Part shown: positions 15,149 through 18,094 of the stretch, piece by piece | Numbering within the stretch: the stretch's first letter is position 1 | How the letters are laid out: every line of letters starts with the position of its first letter | Assembly: GCA_964244895.1 (NCBI GenBank) | Contig: CAXTKV010000063.1 | Span: forward strand, 5,817-23,910 | Reading direction: 5' to 3' | Source: an uncultured Deinococcales bacterium | GTDB lineage: Bacteria > Deinococcota > Deinococci > Deinococcales > JAAFIG01 | DNA length: 18,094 nucleotides | Program-made: the position numbers and the translations under genes | The notes under the pieces: generated by a model | Databases searched by the model: none | What the model was told of the DNA's origin: nothing | Seen by the model: the letters and a program-made list of their open reading frames with translations, nothing else

Positions 15149-15284
15149 CGTGACAGACGCGGTCATCCACCGAACAAATCGTCCAGTACGGGTCTTTCAA
15201 GCGTCACCGGATGCCCGAGAATGATCGCGATAGGCGCGGTCATCACGCACAGGGCTGCACCAGACCCGGTGCTACAATCGCCGC

Positions 15285-16898
15285 GTGAAGCGTTCCGTCT
15301 GTGTCGTGCTCGCCGTGCTGGGGCTCCTGGCGATGGCCTCAAGTGGAGGGCTCGCGCAGCGTTTCAGTCCGCAAGCCCAGTACCTGCAATGCAGCGCCTT
15401 CTTCGAGCAAGGTGACCTCGAGACGGCCTCCAACGCCTGCCGTCTGGCCGTGACCGCGCAACCGAACTTTGCGGGCGCGTTGCGCTTGCTGGCCCGGATT
15501 CAACTGGCCCAGAACCAACTCCTGGACGCCAAATCTTCCCTCGAGCAGGCGCGCATCGCCGAACCGGCCAGCACCGAGAACAACCTGATCGAAGGCGAGA
15601 TCGCGCTGGCCTCCGGCGAGCCCACGCGCGCCGACCAGCTCGCGAGGCAACTGCTGATCGACGGCGGGCTGCGCCCCGGATCGCAGGTGCGCGCCCTCAA
15701 GCTGGCCGCCAAAGCCGCGCGGGCGCTGGGCCGCAACGACGAAACCACCAATTACTACCGCCAGGTCTTGAACACCGATCCGAGCGACCTCGAGACCCGC
15801 CGGGCGCTGGCCACCAACCTGCTCGAGACCGACCCGAACGCCGCCGTCAAACTGCTGCGCGAGGCTCCCTCTCAGACGCCGATCACGCTGGCGGAACTCG
15901 GGCGGGCGCAATGGATCGCGGGCGACCTGAGCGGCGCGATCAACACGCTCGAGCGCGCCGTCAGCAACCCCCTCAATTTCACCAACAACCGCGCCACCTA
16001 CGAACGCGCGCTGGGCGCGCTGTCCTACGCGTACTACGGTCAGGGGCGCTTCACCGAAGGCCAGCGCGTGCTGGCGCAGATTTCCGGGGATCGGAACCTG
16101 TTCATCACGGCGGTCAACCGGGTGCTGCCGTGGTTGCTGCTGGTGATCGTGCTGCTGGCGCTGCACCTGGTCGGCGAGAGCCGCATCGAGCCCCTTTCGA
16201 CCATCGAGATTCAAGAGGGGCCGCGCGCCTGGACGGTCTCTAACGTCTACGGCGTCGTGTTCTCGAGCGCGCTGGTGGCGGGCATCGTGGCCTTGCTGGC
16301 GGGTCGCGTGATTTACGGTAACTTCCTGGCCATTCTGACGCCCACGCAATCCGACGTGGCGCGGGACATTTACTTCGCGGTGTTCGCGGTCACGCTGGCG
16401 GCGCTCAGTTACCGCAACGCCAAACAGGGCGGCTGGAACGCGCGCGATTTGCTGGTCGGCCCGTTGCGGCGCGACCTGATCGTGGATGGCGTGGCCATCG
16501 GGCTGGGATTGGTGGTCGTGACGATCCTGTACCAGTTCGCCATGCACGCGCTGCACTTCAACCTGGACGGGTTTTACCTGGGCGTCTTCACGCCGCGCTG
16601 GACGCTGATCCTGCCGATACTGACGCTACCGCTGACCGAAATTTTCTTCCGGGCGTACGCGTCCTACCCGCTGGAAAAACGCTACGGGCGGGACATCGCT
16701 TACCCGGCGCTGGCCGTGCTGTACGCGCTGTGCCTGGGCGCACCGATTTTGCTATTGGTGGTCGGAGCGGTGGTGCTCTTGATCATCGCCAACCGTTTGC
16801 GCTCCACCGCGCCCGTGATGGTGGCGCAGTTGGTGTACTACGCGATTCTGGTCTTGATCGTCTCGAGCCTGCCGATCGTGCGCACCTGGTTCGCGTAA
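15285..16898 (+). CDS. Signal peptide + TPR-repeat domain fused to a C-terminal multi-TM CPBP/Abi(CAAX)-like domain
   Basis: N-terminal signal-like segment, Ala/Leu helical TPR-like repeats (e.g. YRQVLNTDPSD, LAELGRAQWIAGDLSGAINTLERAV), multiple TM helices with PLTEIFFRAY. TG-C-TACAAT 6 nt before the GTG. Confidence 0.8.
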   Translation: MKRSVCVVLAVLGLLAMASSGGLAQRFSPQAQYLQCSAFFEQGDLETASNACRLAVTAQPNFAGALRLLARIQLAQNQLLDAKSSLEQARIAEPASTENNLIEGEIALASGEPTRADQLARQLLIDGGLRPGSQVRALKLAAKAARALGRNDETTNYYRQVLNTDPSDLETRRALATNLLETDPNAAVKLLREAPSQTPITLAELGRAQWIAGDLSGAINTLERAVSNPLNFTNNRATYERALGALSYAYYGQGRFTEGQRVLAQISGDRNLFITAVNRVLPWLLLVIVLLALHLVGESRIEPLSTIEIQEGPRAWTVSNVYGVVFSSALVAGIVALLAGRVIYGNFLAILTPTQSDVARDIYFAVFAVTLAALSYRNAKQGGWNARDLLVGPLRRDLIVDGVAIGLGLVVVTILYQFAMHALHFNLDGFYLGVFTPRWTLILPILTLPLTEIFFRAYASYPLEKRYGRDIAYPALAVLYALCLGAPILLLVVGAVVLLIIANRLRSTAPVMVAQLVYYAILVLIVSSLPIVRTWFA

Positions 16899-16956
16899 GA
16901 ACCGTCCCGGACGCATTGTTCTCGAGTTAAAGAACACCGTCTAGGGCGGTGTTCTT
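16898..16956. repeat. Family A copy 10: half unit plus monomer
   Basis: AGAACCGT-CCCGG-ACGCA (16898-16915), CTCGAG, then AAGAACACCGT-CTAGG-GCGGTGTTCTT (16930-16956). Confidence 0.8.
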
Positions 16957-17250
16957 CGTTTTGCCGCAAGCCCCGAGATCGAGCCCCAGGCGCGAGGCTG
17001 ACCGCGTTCAGGCAAAGGTTCTCGTCGGGCGCGGGTTTCCGCTCGAGATCAACCATCGGTTCCCGACGCGGACGCTCCGATGTATTTCGCACCTGACAAA
17101 ATGCGAGTCGTGAATTCGTGTCGGGCAGATGACACCTGCCGAGACACCGCTCCATTAGGATGGCACACCGACCGAACCCGTCCTTTCGTCATTCGAGGGG
17201 ATGAATGAACCGGAGGACGGTCAGGCTCGTAGTCACTTCAGGAGGTCATT

Positions 17251-18094
17251 ATGAACAAACGCGCACGCATTCAGACATTCGGGGTCGTCCTCGCGCTCGG
17301 CGTTCTGGGATTGGCCGCAGCGCAATCCAAAGGCCCGATCACGGTCGGCAGCAAACTCGACGCCGAAGGCCGCTTGCTGGGCAGTATGATCCGCCTGAGC
17401 CTGGAAAACGCGGGCTTCACCGTCAACGACAAGACCGGCACGGGAACCACGCCCGTGACCCGCAAGGCGCTCCTGGAGGGCCAGATCGACGTGTACCCCG
17501 AATACACGGGCACGGCCATCGGCAATTTCTTCAAGGGTCAGACGATCGCCGCCGACGCGCCCAGCAACGCATCCAAGTCCTACGCAACCGTCAAGGTGCT
17601 CGATCTGAAGCTCAACAAAGTCGCCTGGCTCGAGCGCGCACCCGCCAACAACACCTTCGCGGTGGCGGTGCGCAAAGATCTGGCGGACAAGGCGGGCCTG
17701 AAAACCCTGGCGGATCTGGCCAAATACCTGTCGGGTGGCGGGGATTTCAAGATCGTCGGAAGCCAGGAGTTCTTCGAGCGCGACGACGGCCTGAAATCCT
17801 TCGAGAAAGCTTACGGCTTCACCCTCAAAACCGAACAGAAGATCACCATCGCGGGTGCGACCACCGCGCAGACGGAATCGGCGGCAGCCCAGGGCACGAA
17901 CGGCGCGAACGCCGCCATGGCCTACGGCACGGACGGCTCGATCGCCGCGCTCAGCCTGGTCGTGCTGTCCGACCCGAAGGGCGCGCAGCCCGTCTACCAG
18001 CCCGCCCCGACCGTGCGGGCCGACGTGCTGAAAAAGTACCCGGAGCTGCCCACGCTCCTGAACCCGATCTTCAAGGGGTTGACGCTCGAAGTCC
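17251..18094 (+). CDS. OsmF/YehZ/OpuAC-type osmoprotectant (glycine betaine/choline) ABC transporter substrate-binding protein, 3' truncated by the window end
   Basis: Absent from the ORF track because there is no stop in the window. SD AGGAGG at 17240-17245, ATG 17251. Translates MNKRARIQTFGVVLALGVLGLAAAQSKGPITVGSKLDAEG...RKALLEGQIDVYPEYTGT...APANNTFAVAV...QEFFERDDGL. Confidence 0.9.
   Translation, partial: MNKRARIQTFGVVLALGVLGLAAAQSKGPITVGSKLDAEGRLLGSMIRLSLENAGFTVNDKTGTGTTPVTRKALLEGQIDVYPEYTGTAIGNFFKGQTIAADAPSNASKSYATVKVLDLKLNKVAWLERAPANNTFAVAVRKDLADKAGLKTLADLAKYLSGGGDFKIVGSQEFFERDDGLKSFEKAYGFTLKTEQKITIAGATTAQTESAAAQGTNGANAAMAYGTDGSIAALSLVVLSDPKGAQPVYQPAPTVRADVLKKYPELPTLLNPIFKGLTLEV

Noticed and set aside
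535..16956. Family A repeats as a CRISPR array or integron attC cassette array
   Set aside because: Copies are separated by whole genes of both orientations, including core genes (mutS2, trmL). There are no regular spacers, cas genes or integrase, and no consistent RYYYAAC...GTTRRRY attC ends.

Overview
GC-rich bacterial chromosomal segment, most likely Deinococcota. This is inferred from a DUF1999-like gene and from about 12 of 19 genes carrying a TANNNT -10 box 6-8 nt before the start codon with no Shine-Dalgarno, i.e. leaderless expression. Gene content is mostly housekeeping or accessory: DUF1999/GNAT-like, SDR, IMPase/HisN-like, TspO-like, COG0212 5-FCL paralogue, UbiA prenyltransferase, MarR plus membrane protein, TrmL, GGDEF cyclase, ABC exporter, MutS2, TPR-CPBP fusion, an OsmF/OpuAC-type binding protein (truncated) and several hypotheticals. 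No transposase, integrase, cas gene, rRNA or tRNA is recognisable. The unusual signal is mostly outside the gene functions. (1) A dense REP/MITE-like palindrome family built on (AGA)ACACCGT-N5-ACG occurs at about 11 intergenic loci, mostly abutting TAA stop codons, with covarying arms, an invertible core and collapsed monomers. (2) The hexamer CTCGAG is strongly over-represented (about 74 copies by hand count). (3) A symmetric cluster of four DnaA boxes lies downstream of mutS2 with no dnaA in the window. (4) A 22-bp iteron-like tandem array. (5) A chain of duplicated, ATGA-coupled mini-ORFs in front of the SDR. All counts and family assignments were made by eye, without database searches.
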